A stretch of 63,860 bases of DNA, the filler included, from Octopus bimaculoides (taxonomy: Eukaryota): NCBI RefSeq assembly GCF_001194135.2. It is 7 parts of 7 records of this genome, joined end to end, with 100 filler letters (N's around TTAATTAATTAA, not from the genome) between each part and the next. Parts side by side here need not be neighbours in the genome. Positions count along the whole stretch, not along the records: positions 31,683 to 51,655 come from NC_068990.1; positions 51,756 to 58,432 come from NC_068983.1; positions 58,533 to 61,676 come from NC_069001.1; positions 61,777 to 63,860 come from NW_026411183.1; 3 more parts are not named here. One strand, given 5' to 3'. A program made the translations under genes and the position numbers. Under the pieces are notes generated by a model. It saw only the letters and a program-made list of their open reading frames with translations. It was not told the origin of the DNA and searched no databases. Numbering within the stretch: position 1 is the first letter of the stretch; every line of letters starts with the position of its first letter. Shown here piece after piece: positions 50,144-63,860 of this stretch.

Positions 50144-51317
<1,174 letters not shown>

Positions 51318-51361
51318 CCGGAAGTATGGATACGATGCTTGGTACCAACATACACCGGAAA

Positions 51362-51611
<250 letters not shown>

Positions 51612-51755
51612 ATGATGATGATGATGATGATGATGATGATGGTGATGATGATAATNNNNNNNNNNNNNNNNNNNNNNNNNNNNNNNNNNNNNNNNNNNNT
51701 TAATTAATTAANNNNNNNNNNNNNNNNNNNNNNNNNNNNNNNNNNNNNNNNNNNN

Positions 51756-51786
<31 letters not shown>

Positions 51787-54399
51787 CACATATGTACATG
51801 TACATTCATACATGCATCCATGCATATATATATATATATACACACACACAGTGGTATTCATATAGATACATTGACACACACACAAATATGTGTATGCGTG
51901 TTTGTGTGTGTGTATGTGAAAGCGTGTGTAGGCATGCATATATGTATATTACTATTATTTTTATAAATATGTTTGTATGCATCATATCCTATATTTTTTC
52001 ATGTCACATCACCAATACTTTAACTAGTATTTTATCTTTTTTATCATTATTATCATGTTCAAAACCTGTCCATAAGTACTGGTGGTTATTATCATCGTAT
52101 TATAGAATTCACAAAAAGTTTTAAACGAGTAAAGAAAAAGAAATGATAGGACAGTCTTTAGGTTTTCGAATTTTCTTAACCCTGTTTTTTAAGAATAGCT
52201 ATTCATTTTATTTGCAAAAATCATATAGTCAATAAAATCAGTTACTCGTTATTTTTTTTTATTTCAGCTTTATTACTAATAAATTAGATAAATTATCAAG
52301 TGATCGATTATTTAATTGATTATTCCGTCATAGTTGTTTCAATACAGTCTTTGAAATTATCAATGAGAATGTAACCTTCACCCACTTCCTTCTCCACAGC
52401 ATTTACTGTATGTTTACTGTTCGTCTCACAGATTTTGGACTGGGAGAGTCGTACCAGATAGTTATACATATCATAACAAAGTTATTGATAAAGTCAATGA
52501 CTATGATCGAAGAGCTTCGACAGAATAATCGATTAGCAAATTTATCAACTGATAATCGAACATAGTTGATTGCTACTAAAACTGAAATCCTACATATCCA
52601 TTTCGTGCAAGTTTTCTCAAAATTATCTCAATTTCAACGTACAATATCATTTTCATTAAAAATATCATTAAAAAAGAAAGGAATAATTAATTTTGTTAGT
52701 TAAATATCAAAGAAAATGCATTAAAAATGTTTCGTTTGTACGAATGTTATTTAATGCCTGATATTCAACTAATATTTTTCCAACACAATTCCACCTCTCG
52801 TTAGTGTCCTCATGTCCAGGAGAGGTGCGAGATTTCAAAATAATTGGCAACATTGAATTCAGCGACGGTGATGACATCGGAGTAAACAAGACGACAATGA
52901 ATTCCTATATCATCTTTCGCCCTGCCAAAAATAGTTACCAAGTTTCTATGCTATGCACGCTATAAACTCTAATAAGTTAAAACTACTAAATATAGTTCTT
53001 GATACATATAGTCTGAAAAATGTTATAACAATGGCTAGTATAACTTTGTATGTGCTCTTCATTGAGGTTTATCGTTGTACAAAATGCAAAAACATATCGA
53101 ACACTAACATCAGTAGCCATCACCGTCAACCAATAAAGTTTGCTGGCGCTAGTTCTCCTTCCTAGAAATAGAAGGGAAATCTTTAAATTGTATCCTATTC
53201 ACCGTATTTGAAAAACGAAAAACGAAAAGCCACTTTAGAAAGATATAGCATACGATATAACAAACGACAGGATAATCACGGCTGGAATAACTGATTAAAG
53301 ATCTGCACGATTACGAATATTTAAATATAAATAACAAGATAATAGTAGCAACATTAAGGCAGGAAGAAGTTATATATGTATGTATAATATGAATTTAGAA
53401 GTGTATGGAAATGGAACGTTTAAACCATAGTTACAGGGAATCTATAGCTATGATATCCAGGTGAAACAAATGTGAAAATGGCAATGATATTTTATTTCCT
53501 TTAATGCTGTGATTAAAGGCCACAAATAATGGATAATCCTATCGAATCGGCAACGATATTTTACCAACCACACTTGAATATATACAAAAAGATTTTGCAT
53601 TAGTAATAATAAACAAGGAAATTAAATACGTAAATATATTTAACCGTCACTCTACCAATCCTGATCCTATTACTAACATTTAACTTAAAATATCCTTAAT
53701 ATACATAACAGGGACTTAGCACTATTTCAGAGCAAACGGACCACACTATTTTTTTTCTTTCTTCCTGATCTGCTTAATTCTTCTTTCCACCTTCTTTTAT
53801 GTATACACACATGTGGATGTGTGCATATATATGTATGTGTTTATACACATGAATATATGTATATGTGTGCTTGTGTTTCTGTGCGTGTATGTGTGTACAT
53901 TCCTGAGTATGTCTGTGTATGTGTGTGTACGTCTTTATATATGTGTATATATATGGATGTATTTTATGTGTGTGTATGTATCTATGCTGGTACTACAGCA
54001 CTCCCTATCTACAAATTATCAGTTTGAAAACTGCTCTTAGCGAGAAACTCCTATCCGAGTCGCTTTTTGTAAACACCTAATAAAGTATAAACATATAATT
54101 ATGAAAGTGGAAAAATTATCAGAAACATCATTTCTTTTCACAAGGTACAAGTACAAAACGTCGCTAAAAGTGACTAAATGTGCAAGTCGGCATCAGCCGA
54201 AATAAGATTCAAAATAGCTGCTAACCACGAACAGATTTTTTTTTTCTATTTAAAGAGCACTGTCTATTGACTGAGAAGGGAGACAGTGTCCCTACAACAT
54301 ACGAGGGCACTAGATCACTGGTGATTTCGGATCGAATTTGCCTAGAATTAAGCTAACTCGACTTGTCAGTTTATAGAAAATACCATACGAATCAGCGGG

Positions 54400-54582
54400 T
54401 GTATATGTGTCTTTGTGTTTGTCTGTTTACGTCCCTGTAACTTAGTGATTCGGGAAAAGAAACCGATAGAATAAGTTCTAGGTTTACAAAGTATAACTCC
54501 TGAGATCGATTGCTTCAAGTAAAAACCCTTTAAGGCAGTGTCCCAGCAAATGACTGAAACAAATGAAAGTATTAAAGAATAT
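54400..54582 (+). mobile_element. SINE S1 3' half
   Basis: tttacgtccctgtaacttag..gaaaccgatagaataag..aatgactgaaacaaatgaaag. Confidence 0.75.
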
Positions 54583-55728
54583 ATATATAGATGGATACAT
54601 AGGTAGATCCATCCATCCATCCACCCATCCATCCATCCATCCATCCATCCATACATCCATACATACATGCATATGTACATACATATACATAAACTTCTAA
54701 TATGATGCTGTTTTATTGTATTACATCTCATTTGATTTCTTGTATTGACTGAGTGTATCTTTAGATGGTCGATTATTTGTATCGGTAAAACTAAGTATCA
54801 CAAGCAGCCTTGAGATTGTAACACAACCAGTAACATTGATATTGAAATACCGTTATACCGAAATTCTTCAACGAATTTTGGTTGGTGCCATATGCAAGAG
54901 TTATTAGGTGTTTATTCGAACCTAAGGCAATGTCGGCCATGAATGAATAATAGATGAGAATGCAAACGATCCTATGAAAATATGAAAACACATTTTGTGA
55001 AGCGATGTTTGATTCAACGTAAACACAGCCCTTAATGAAATAACTTCAAAACTGTGAAGCTTCCAATTTTGTCGTCCGAAATTGCAGCGCAGCTGAATAG
55101 TGGTCACTGGAATAAAAGACTTAATTGGTTTGTTAGAGGCTTTTCAATTGTGGTGTTGATAAATAAAAATGATAAATTCATCACCAATTATCAAATATCT
55201 CCAGTCCTTAGTGTAATTCTGACACGTAGCTAATCATTGCCAAGCTGGACAGAGTTTTGTTGTCATTGCGCAGCTAATGAGTAGACATATATAACCTGAT
55301 CAATAAAATACCATATTAGCGATACATTTTGTGTCACTGGTGTCGTGTTGCGTCCGTAATCATTATATTTCAAATTCATATAGTCTACGCCTCAAGAAAA
55401 GATTTGAATATTGTACTTCTGTCTCCGCTCAGCAAGATACTTGCTCCTGTGTTATTTACATTTAATACTATTGTGAAATAGAATTAAATACTGAAACACA
55501 TTTAGGTCGGTATTCTACTGTTTCTGAGACAATCAGTAGCATTATTTTGAAATACCAGTGTATTTAACTCTAACCTGAAATTTTAGAGGTGATTTTTTTT
55601 TTCGATTAGATAGATTTCCAATACTTAACTGATCATTATTTCCTCACAAGGCACCGTAATGGTAGATAACTGTGTGAGTGTATGCCTCTGTGTAAGTATG
55701 CGCACGTGTGTGCGTTTCCTGTTTTCTT

Positions 55729-55815
55729 GTTTCCGAAGAAGACCTATTATCGAAACGTAAAACGACTACTCTCCCCTTTCTCTGAGGGTTTTATTAATAC
55801 ATTGCTTGTTGCTGG
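55729..55815 (+). ncRNA. Second minimal type-I hammerhead-like motif in a related repeat end
   Basis: GUUU-CCGAAGA-A-GACC(UAUU)AUC-GAAAC-GUA-AAAC. Stem I GUUU:AAAC and the GUA cleavage triplet are intact. U4 is C and stem II is imperfect. The downstream taatacattgcttgttg resembles the 40335 copy. Confidence 0.55.
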
Positions 55816-55903
55816 GTTCTCAGAGATACATTACTTCTGCTGAGTTATCACACATATATTTATGTATATGTGTGTGTGTGTGTGTATATTGTATATAGGC
55901 ATT

Positions 55904-55949
<46 letters not shown>

Positions 55950-57494
55950 TGCTTGTTTGTGTGTGTGTATGCTTGTTTGTGTGTGTATGTGTGTATGGGT
56001 GTATATATACATGTATATACATGTGCATTTGTTTGTGTGTATGTGTTTGTGTGTGGTACTTTCCAATATGCATGTTGCAGAGACGAGAAGAAAAGTCAAC
56101 CGTTCCTCATGAATAAAAAGCGTTTTTATTTTTGTTTTTGCAGTAATTTGTGAGACCCAAAACTTTTTGTAGACAAAATCCTGAAGATCTATTATGAAAA
56201 GAAAATTAAGTGGGAGAATATCTGACCTTCAAGAAAGACAAACACGTTAAGAAAAGTCAGTGTAGGCGTGGTGAGGTTCTAGCTGTAGTTTAATAGAATT
56301 TCGTTTGATTGGCAGGAAAGCACTTACAAATGTAGTCGAACCTCTACTTCTTCCTACATTGTCCATCGCTATAAAAATAGCCTGCACTCATTTGACCTAA
56401 CACTCATCCCATGTCACTATTACTCAACTGTTATCGAGTCATTAGTCTCTTACCCTCATATTTGTTTCTATGAATAGTATACCCAGTACTACCATCATTA
56501 TACAGCGTTTCCTGTCTTCTTTTTCAGAACTCTACAAGTATGTAGCGTATAATTTTATTGTACTAAATGACAACACAGAGGGTGAGGCAATACGTCATCA
56601 GTTATTTACAGAAATTTTGTGGTATGCTCCCGGAACTTCCACGGTGCATTACGAGTCTGAACTGAAACCATTCCAGTCTGTTTACTTGAATATCTATATG
56701 AAATACAGGTCTCCAGTAAAGTTTAGTGTTTAATTTAATGATTAACCACTCCTGTAAACGTATCTAAACAGCAACAACTAACGAACAAAAGTAAATATAC
56801 AGCCATGTCTATGTGGCTTTTATGAAAAGAAATATTTATATATCTTATTAGCTAAATGCGGTTGTTTTTCAAGTTTTATTTTTTGTGCTTTTTTGCGCTT
56901 CTATGCTTTTGTATATATTTTAAGTAGCTGTTCATATGAAACTCCGTCACTAATAGCAGCGTGTAGTTTTTTTTTAAATTTTATTTTCTCATTTCAAGTA
57001 TTTTGTTTTGTTAACATTCAACCAAAAATCGTTTATTAAGAGAAAATGTATTTCAATTATCTGTGTCCAGACGTCTATAACTTGCTCTTTCTTTTACTTT
57101 TCGNNNNNNNNNNNNNNNNNNNNNNNNNNNNNNNNNNNNNNNNNNNNNNNNNNNNNNNNNNNNNNNNNNNNNNNNNNNNNNNNNNNNNNNNNNNNNNNNN
57201 NNNNNNNNNNNNNNNNNNNNNNNNNNNNNNNNNNNNNNNNNNNNNNNNNNNNNNNNNNNNNNNNNNNNNNNNNNNNNNNNNNNNNNNNNNNNNNNNACTC
57301 TTCAAATTTCTCCACAAAAAGATCACCAGTCTTCAGCCGAGAAACAAATAACAAAACCTAACTAGACTATTTCGTGTGTGTGCGTGTGTGTGTGAGTGTG
57401 TGTGTGTATGTGTGTGTGTGTATGCGTGCGTGGTTTGTGAGTGTATGCCTGTGCGCGTGCGTGTGTCAGTGTCAATGTGTGTGTGTCTATATTA

Positions 57495-57528
<34 letters not shown>

Positions 57529-57538
57529 NNNNNNNNNN

Positions 57539-57579
<41 letters not shown>

Positions 57580-57654
57580 GAAGATTTGAAAATGCACTTA
57601 TTTTAAAGATATTTATTCACTTAACCAGTTTCACTTTTTTAGAAAAAGATTATC

Positions 57655-57980
57655 AGAAGTCTTTGAGAATAATAGAAAATGTTAAAAAACAGTTTGAGTA
57701 TTAAAATACATATATACATTATTTGATGATAATAAGAGGAATATATTTAAAGTATAAAGCTTTGTATGAGCTTTGTAGTGTTACATACTGATTATCACAC
57801 ATTCTCTGATAATAAGACGAAAATGTTAAAAACAGTGTAAGTATGAAAATACATAAATGGAAAAATACATATACATATTCTTTGATAATAATAGAAAATG
57901 TTAGAAACAGTTTAAGTATCAAAATACATATATACATTCTTTGATAATAATAATAAGAATATGTTTGAAACAGTTTACAA
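57655..57980. repeat. AT-rich minisatellite, unit about 60 bp
   Basis: Recurrent ttctttgataataatagaaaatgttagaaacagtttaagtatcaaaatacatatatac, about 4-5 imperfect copies. Confidence 0.8.
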
Positions 57981-58392
57981 CATTGTTATAACAAAAAGGA
58001 TTTGGTAAAATATGTATATATATACCCAGGAAATATATTTAAGAGTTTGCAAAAAGTTAAAGAGGAACTGACCTAGCTTTCTTCTCTTGTGCATATATAT
58101 ATATATATATATGCATACACGTATACACACACAAATGCCTAATATACACGCGTACGCACATATGTATATACTTTGTACAAACAAGTGTGTGTGCCTACGG
58201 ATTCGTGTCTCTATATTTGATGAGAGGATATCCATGTTTATTTGTCTTTTTCCGTTCATTGTTCTCTATGTTCCATTTCGAATTTCATTATAAGATTAGT
58301 TGCGCAAACAGCATTTTAACATTATTGCTATCTACTGGTGTATTCACCAATCTCTATTATCATTCTATCTTTTCCTTAATCCGTTTACTTGT

Positions 58393-58432
<40 letters not shown>

Positions 58433-58663
58433 NNNNNNNNNNNNNNNNNNNNNNNNNNNNNNNNNNNNNNNNNNNNTTAATTAATTAANNNNNNNNNNNN
58501 NNNNNNNNNNNNNNNNNNNNNNNNNNNNNNNNAAAAAAAAAAAAAAACAACCAACCCCACCTTACATAAATTATTGTGATCTATGGTTTATCTTGTATTG
58601 CAACAGTGAGAATTAATAACTACAAATGAATAAATAAGTTATATATATTTGTGTGTGTATGTA

Positions 58664-58699
<36 letters not shown>

Positions 58700-58796
58700 A
58701 ACACAAGTAATCAACAGTCTTCTTATCAGTGATGTTTGTATATATTTATATACATACGCGTGTGTACACACACATCTATTATACAACTATATATGA

Positions 58797-58834
<38 letters not shown>

Positions 58835-59624
58835 TACACATAAATTATATGTATTATATAATTATATATAAATTATACACACACACATATGTGTATGTAT
58901 GTTGTATGTCTTTAAAATCTCTTATCAGTAATAAGAAAACTGCTAATAGCAATTTTCTGTTATATAAGTCACTAACTGATCTGCCTAGCACAGAATTAAT
59001 TAGAGATTCACACTAACAAATCTATCACAGATATAAATGTGCTGCCTATCTGTTTGTCTACCATTTCTAAACTGAGCTCTGCTCTTTCACTAGTTTCATT
59101 TTCTCTCCTCTGAAGCTACAATGAAATTACTCATCTCCATCCCCTCCAGAGGGTTCATTAGCCACCCCACTCCATAGCCCCTGGTCAAACCTAACCCCAA
59201 CAGCTCCACTTATCACTATATCCTCTGAAATACCCTTCTGCACTGTTTTCTTTGCAATCTGTCAACTTCTAGTTGTTCAAGGGGAATAGTAATAGCATTA
59301 GTTCTTTCCTACAAAGCTAAACCATTAAAAAAAAAAAGAAAGAAAGAAAAGGGAAAGAAAAACTGGTAAAAATATTCAAATGCCTAGCAAGACTTTATTT
59401 CCTATTTTCAAATACCATTGAGTTTGAGTTCAACTTCATCTTTTATTCTTCTGGAGGTCATTGAAATTAAAAGCAGTCAAATACTGGGACCAACCTTGAT
59501 TGGCTATGAATGCCCCTGACAAATCAGAAATCTTATTTTTGTATGGCTCTCTTTGGAGTCTTAGGACTCAAAAGACCAGTTACCTCTATGGCCTCTAAGT
59601 GACACCTCCTGAACCAGATACCAG

Positions 59625-59765
59625 TTCATCACGGGGTTACACATTTACAGCCGAGTGGACTGGAGCAACATGAAATGATTTTGCTCAAGAACACATTAAA
59701 TCATCTGATCCAGGAACCGAAACCTTATGACAATTGTGAGTGCAACACTCTTACCACTAAGCCAA
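59625..59765 (-). mobile_element. Degenerate CORE-type SINE
   Basis: gccgagtggactggagcaacatgaaat..ttgctcaagaacac...cttaccactaagcc is the reverse of an S3-like head and core. Confidence 0.5.
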
Positions 59766-59868
59766 CTGCCTTCACTAGAGATCTTAACCACTATTGTTCC
59801 CGGATCAGCTGTCAGGGTCCCAGCTATGGGTTAATTAGCATGTCAGGGCTTGCTTACACACGTCTGTG

Positions 59869-60230
59869 TGGAGGCGCAGCGGACTCGCGGTCATAGGATC
59901 GCGGTTTCGATTCTCAGACCGGGCGTTGTGAGTGTTTATTGAGCGAAAAACACCTAAAGCTCCACGAGGCTCCGGCAGGGAATGGTGGCGAACCCTACTG
60001 TACTCTTTCACCACAACTTTCTTTCACTCTTACTTCCCGTTTCTGTTGTGCCTGTAATTCAAAGGGTCAGCCTTGTCACACTGTGTCACGCTGAATCTCC
60101 CCGAGAACTACGTTAAGGGTACACGTGTCTGTGGAGTGCTCAGCCACTTGCATGTTAATTTCATGAGCAGGCTGTTCCGTTGATCGGATCAACTGGAACC
60201 CTCGACGTCGTAAGCAACGGAGTGCCAACT
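59869..60230 (+). mobile_element. SINE S4 with the A box deleted and a ~13-bp TSD
   Basis: The head reads ggaggcgcagcggactcg, lacking atggcccagtggttagggca. The flanks are acacacgtctgtg (59856-59868) and acatacgtctgtg (60238-60250). Confidence 0.88.
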
Positions 60231-60654
60231 AACTAAAACATACGTCTGTGAAGACTAGATCTAAGAGCCATTGCAGAAGAAACCTTAGTGGTTCAACAGA
60301 GGGGACAGGCAGCTGCAGCAAAGCACTGTGGAGAGGAGAGAGCAAGATGAGGTAAGCAAGATATCTTGATCATCCACTGCATCTGTCGCCATCTCCAGTC
60401 GTCTTGAGATAGTCTTGCCACTGGATTGATGTTGATCAGGGATGAGAGAGAATGAAGGTGATGGTAACACTTCTTCATGTGCCTTTATGCTAAAACTGGT
60501 TGAAAAACAGTGCTCTGTGTTTCTGTCCAGCGATCTAGCAGTTCAACAAATAGTTATCAATAAAGTCAAGAACTAGATTTAAAACTAAGCTCTAGGACCA
60601 ATATGATCAACAAAAAACCCTTCACAGCAGTGCTTAAGTATAAAATATGTTATA

Positions 60655-60772
60655 TTTTAATCTATTGAACTATAGTTTAATCATTATAGTTTAATCTATT
60701 GAACTATAGTCTAATCGTTATATTTCAATCTATTGAACTATAGTTTAATCGTAATAGTTTAATCTACTGAAC
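60655..60772. repeat. Minisatellite, unit about 34 bp, ~3.5 copies
   Basis: tttaatctattgaactatagtttaatcattatag repeated. Confidence 0.85.
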
Positions 60773-61144
60773 TAACCCAAACAAATTCCTTACAAACTGG
60801 AGACCTTGAGCCTAAGTAATTTTTTAAAAAACCCAAAACACAAGTCCTTATCAAACTGGGGGCCAATATAAGTGTGTTCCATGGGGAGAGTTTGGCCTAA
60901 GACTAAATCAACAATGACAACAAAAGCCCATAAAAATAAGGATCTTCATTGTAGAGAATTGCACACTCAGGTTGATGGCTGGTCTGTATATGCTTGAGTG
61001 GGAAATCCATCAGCCATGACAACCAAACCCTTGAAAGATAACCAGGTCGCCACATTTTCCAGACCTTGGTGTCTTTCATTGCTACGTAATATAAAACTGA
61101 AGAACTACTTTCAGTAGAACATGGTGGGGATAGGGGGGAGGGAC

Positions 61145-61310
61145 ACAGGTGTGGTTAGGAAGCTTGCTGTTCAAACGCATAGTTTCAGGTTCAGTCTCAC
61201 TCACGGCATGGCACCTTGTGCAAGTGGCTTCTGTCATGGCCTTGGGCCAATGAAAGCCTCGTGATTGAATTCGGTAGGCAGAAGAATCCTGTCATGTGTC
61301 TACATGTATG
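61145..61310 (+). mobile_element. Degenerate SINE S1 5' half
   Basis: gtgtggttaggaagcttgc..ggttcagtctc..ggcaccttgtgcaagtg..ccttgggccaatgaaagcc. Confidence 0.65.
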
Positions 61311-61360
61311 TGAAAGTGCATATGCTTTCTATAACAGACAGGAAGGAAATAAGAAATGAA

Positions 61361-61391
<31 letters not shown>

Positions 61392-61426
61392 TTGATAGAC
61401 TTACTTGGAAATATAGACTTACTTGG

Positions 61427-61485
<59 letters not shown>

Positions 61486-61519
61486 TATATGTATGTATAT
61501 ATATACAAACACACACATA

Positions 61520-61676
61520 TATATATCATTCATATTATTTTATATGTATATATATATCATTTATATTATTTTATATGTATATATATTTATTTATATTATT
61601 TTATATGTATATATATATCATTTATATTATTTTATATGTATATATATATCATTTATATTATTTTATATGTATATAT
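61520..61676. repeat. AT-rich minisatellite, 31-bp unit, about 5 copies
   Basis: atatatatcatttatattattttatatgtat repeated. Confidence 0.85.
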
Positions 61677-61776
61677 NNNNNNNNNNNNNNNNNNNNNNNN
61701 NNNNNNNNNNNNNNNNNNNNTTAATTAATTAANNNNNNNNNNNNNNNNNNNNNNNNNNNNNNNNNNNNNNNNNNNN

Positions 61777-63860
61777 CGAACGTACGGACGTATTACGTAG
61801 GCAGGGAATGAGGAAAGAAGTATGTACGTACGAACGAACGAGCAAACTTACGTACATACGAACGAACGAACAAACGAATGAACGTATGTACGTTCAACCG
61901 AACGAACGAAAGAACAAACCAACGAACGAAATAACGAACTAATAAACGATCGAACGAACGCACGTACGTAAGAACGAACGAACGTAAGTACGAACGAACA
62001 AAAGAACGACCGAACGAAGGAACGAACGTTCGTCCCTATGTACGTACGAACCAACGAACGTACGTACGTAAGAATGAACGATCGAACGAACAAACGTACG
62101 TACGTACATACGAACAAACGAACTATTGAAAGAACGAACGAACGGTTGAACAAACGAACGTACGATTGAACAAACGAACGTACGATTGAACGAATGTACT
62201 TACGTATTACGTAGGCAGGGAATAAGGAAAGAACTATNNNNNNNNNNACGTATTACGTAGGCAGGGAATAAGGAAAGAACTATGTACGTACGAACGAGCA
62301 AACGTATGTACGTACGTACGAATGACCGACCGAAGTAACGAACGAACAAACGAATCAACGTACGTACATACGACCGAACGTACGTACTTACGAAGGAACG
62401 AACAATCGTACGTAAGAATGAACGAGAGAACGAACGATCGATCGAACGTACGTACGTATGAACGAACGATAGATCGATCGAACGAACGTACGTACGTATG
62501 AACGAACGAACGAACGAATTATTGAACGAAAAGAACGAACGAAGGAAAAAACGTTCGTACCTACGTACGTACGAGCGAACCAACGAACGTACGTACGTAA
62601 GAACGAACGAACGAATTATTGAACGAACAAACGTATGTACGTACGTATAACCGAACGAACGAACATACGTACGTACGTAATACGTAGGCAGGGAATAAGG
62701 AAAGAACTATGTACGTACAAACGAATGGACGAACGTACGTACGAACGATTGAACATACGTACGTACGAAGGAACCAACGAAAGATCGAACGAACGAACGA
62801 ATAAAAGAACGAACGAACGNNNNNNNNNNNNNNNNNNNNNNNNNNNNNNNNNNNNNNNNNNNNNNNNNNNNNNNNNNNNNNNNNNNNNNNNNNNNNNNNN
62901 NNNNNNNNNNNNNNNNNNNNCGTATTACGTAGGCAGGGAATAAGGAAAGAACTATGTACGTACGAACGAACGAAGGCATCAACGAAGGAACGAACGTAGG
63001 ACCGAATGAACAAACGACCGAACGAACAAGCGTACGAACGTACGTACAAACGAAATAACGAAGGAACAAACGAATGAACGTACGTACGTATTACGTAGGC
63101 AGGGAATGAGGAAAGAAATATNNNNNNNNNNNNNNNNNNNNNNNNNNNNNNNNNNNNNNNNNNNNNNNNNNNNNNNNNNNNNNNNNNNNNNNNNNNNNNN
63201 NNNNNNNNNNNNNNNNACGTACAACCGAACGAACGAAAGAACAAACCAACAAACGTACGTACGAACGAAATAACGAAGGAACGAACTAATGAACGATCGA
63301 ACGTACGTACGAACGAACGAACGAGCGATCGAACGAACGTACGTACGTATGAACGAACGAACGAAAAGAAGGAACGAAAGGACGACCGAACNNNNNNNNN
63401 NGAACGTACGTACGTAAGAATGAACGATCGAACGAACGAACAAACGTACGTACGTACATACGAACAATCGAACGAACTATTGAAAGAACGTACGATTGAA
63501 CGAACGAACGTACGCATGTACGAACGTAAGAACGTACGTAGTAACGAATGTATGTACGTACGTATAACAGAACGAACGAATGTACTTACGTATTACGTAG
63601 GCAGGGAATAAGGAAAGAANNNNNNNNNNTACGTAGGCAGGGAATAAGGAAAGAACTATGTACGTACGAACGAATGAACGAACGAGCAAACGTATGTACG
63701 GACGTACGAATGAACATACGTACGTAGGAACGAACAAACGGATCAACGTACGTACATACGACCGAATGTACATACTTACGAAGTAACGAACGATGGAACG
63801 AACAAACGGAAGAACAAACGAACAATCGTACGTAAGAATGAACGAACGAATGTACGTACA
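61777..63860. repeat. Complex satellite: (GAAC/GTAC/ATAC/AAAC)n mosaic punctuated by a conserved ~40-bp anchor
   Basis: The anchor TACGTATTAC-GTAGGCAGGGAAT(A/G)AGGAAAGAA has GTAGG starts at 61797, 62211, 62257, 62684, 62929, 63095, 63597 and 63633. The array runs to the window end. Confidence 0.9.

Noticed and set aside
52432-52563. Frame beginning DFGLGESY, resembling the kinase DFG motif
   Set aside because: There is no APE or other kinase subdomain downstream, and the frame ends after about 44 codons.
61777-63860. Regularly recurring ~30-40 bp anchor, superficially CRISPR-like
   Set aside because: The spacers are 166-430 bp, low-complexity and mutually related. There are no cas genes or leader, and the context is eukaryotic.

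Overview
Repeat-dense, gene-poor eukaryotic genomic DNA: AT-rich, full of microsatellites, with many N gaps. The tRNA-derived SINE families, the RTE and R4/Dong retroelements and the DD37D transposon match what I recall of Octopus (coleoid cephalopod) genomes. That assignment is inferred from sequence, not database-checked. Six 100-bp gaps contain an artificial TTAATTAATTAA linker, so the window is at least 7 joined contigs and long-range adjacency is uncertain. I found no intact recognisable protein-coding gene, rRNA, true tRNA gene or CRISPR array, and most long ORFs in the track are artefacts of N runs or microsatellites. The window holds relics of many element types: RTE, R4/Dong, HERO-like, Tx1/L1-like, CR1/L2-like, Penelope, maT (DD37D), mariner, hAT transposase, a hAT MITE with a perfect 8-bp TSD, a Helentron/HINE-like element and four SINE families (labelled S1-S4 here). 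The most notable points are: (i) a CpG-rich tetranucleotide-mosaic satellite punctuated by a conserved purine-rich anchor (61.8-63.9 kb); (ii) two minimal type-I hammerhead-like motifs with covarying stem I; (iii) (AAT)n tracts acting as landing pads for Dong/R4 elements, a non-coding partner element and, in the opposite polarity, SINE S2; (iv) two SINE families sharing a 3' module; (v) weak, unverified candidates for small exons and cis-regulatory clusters.
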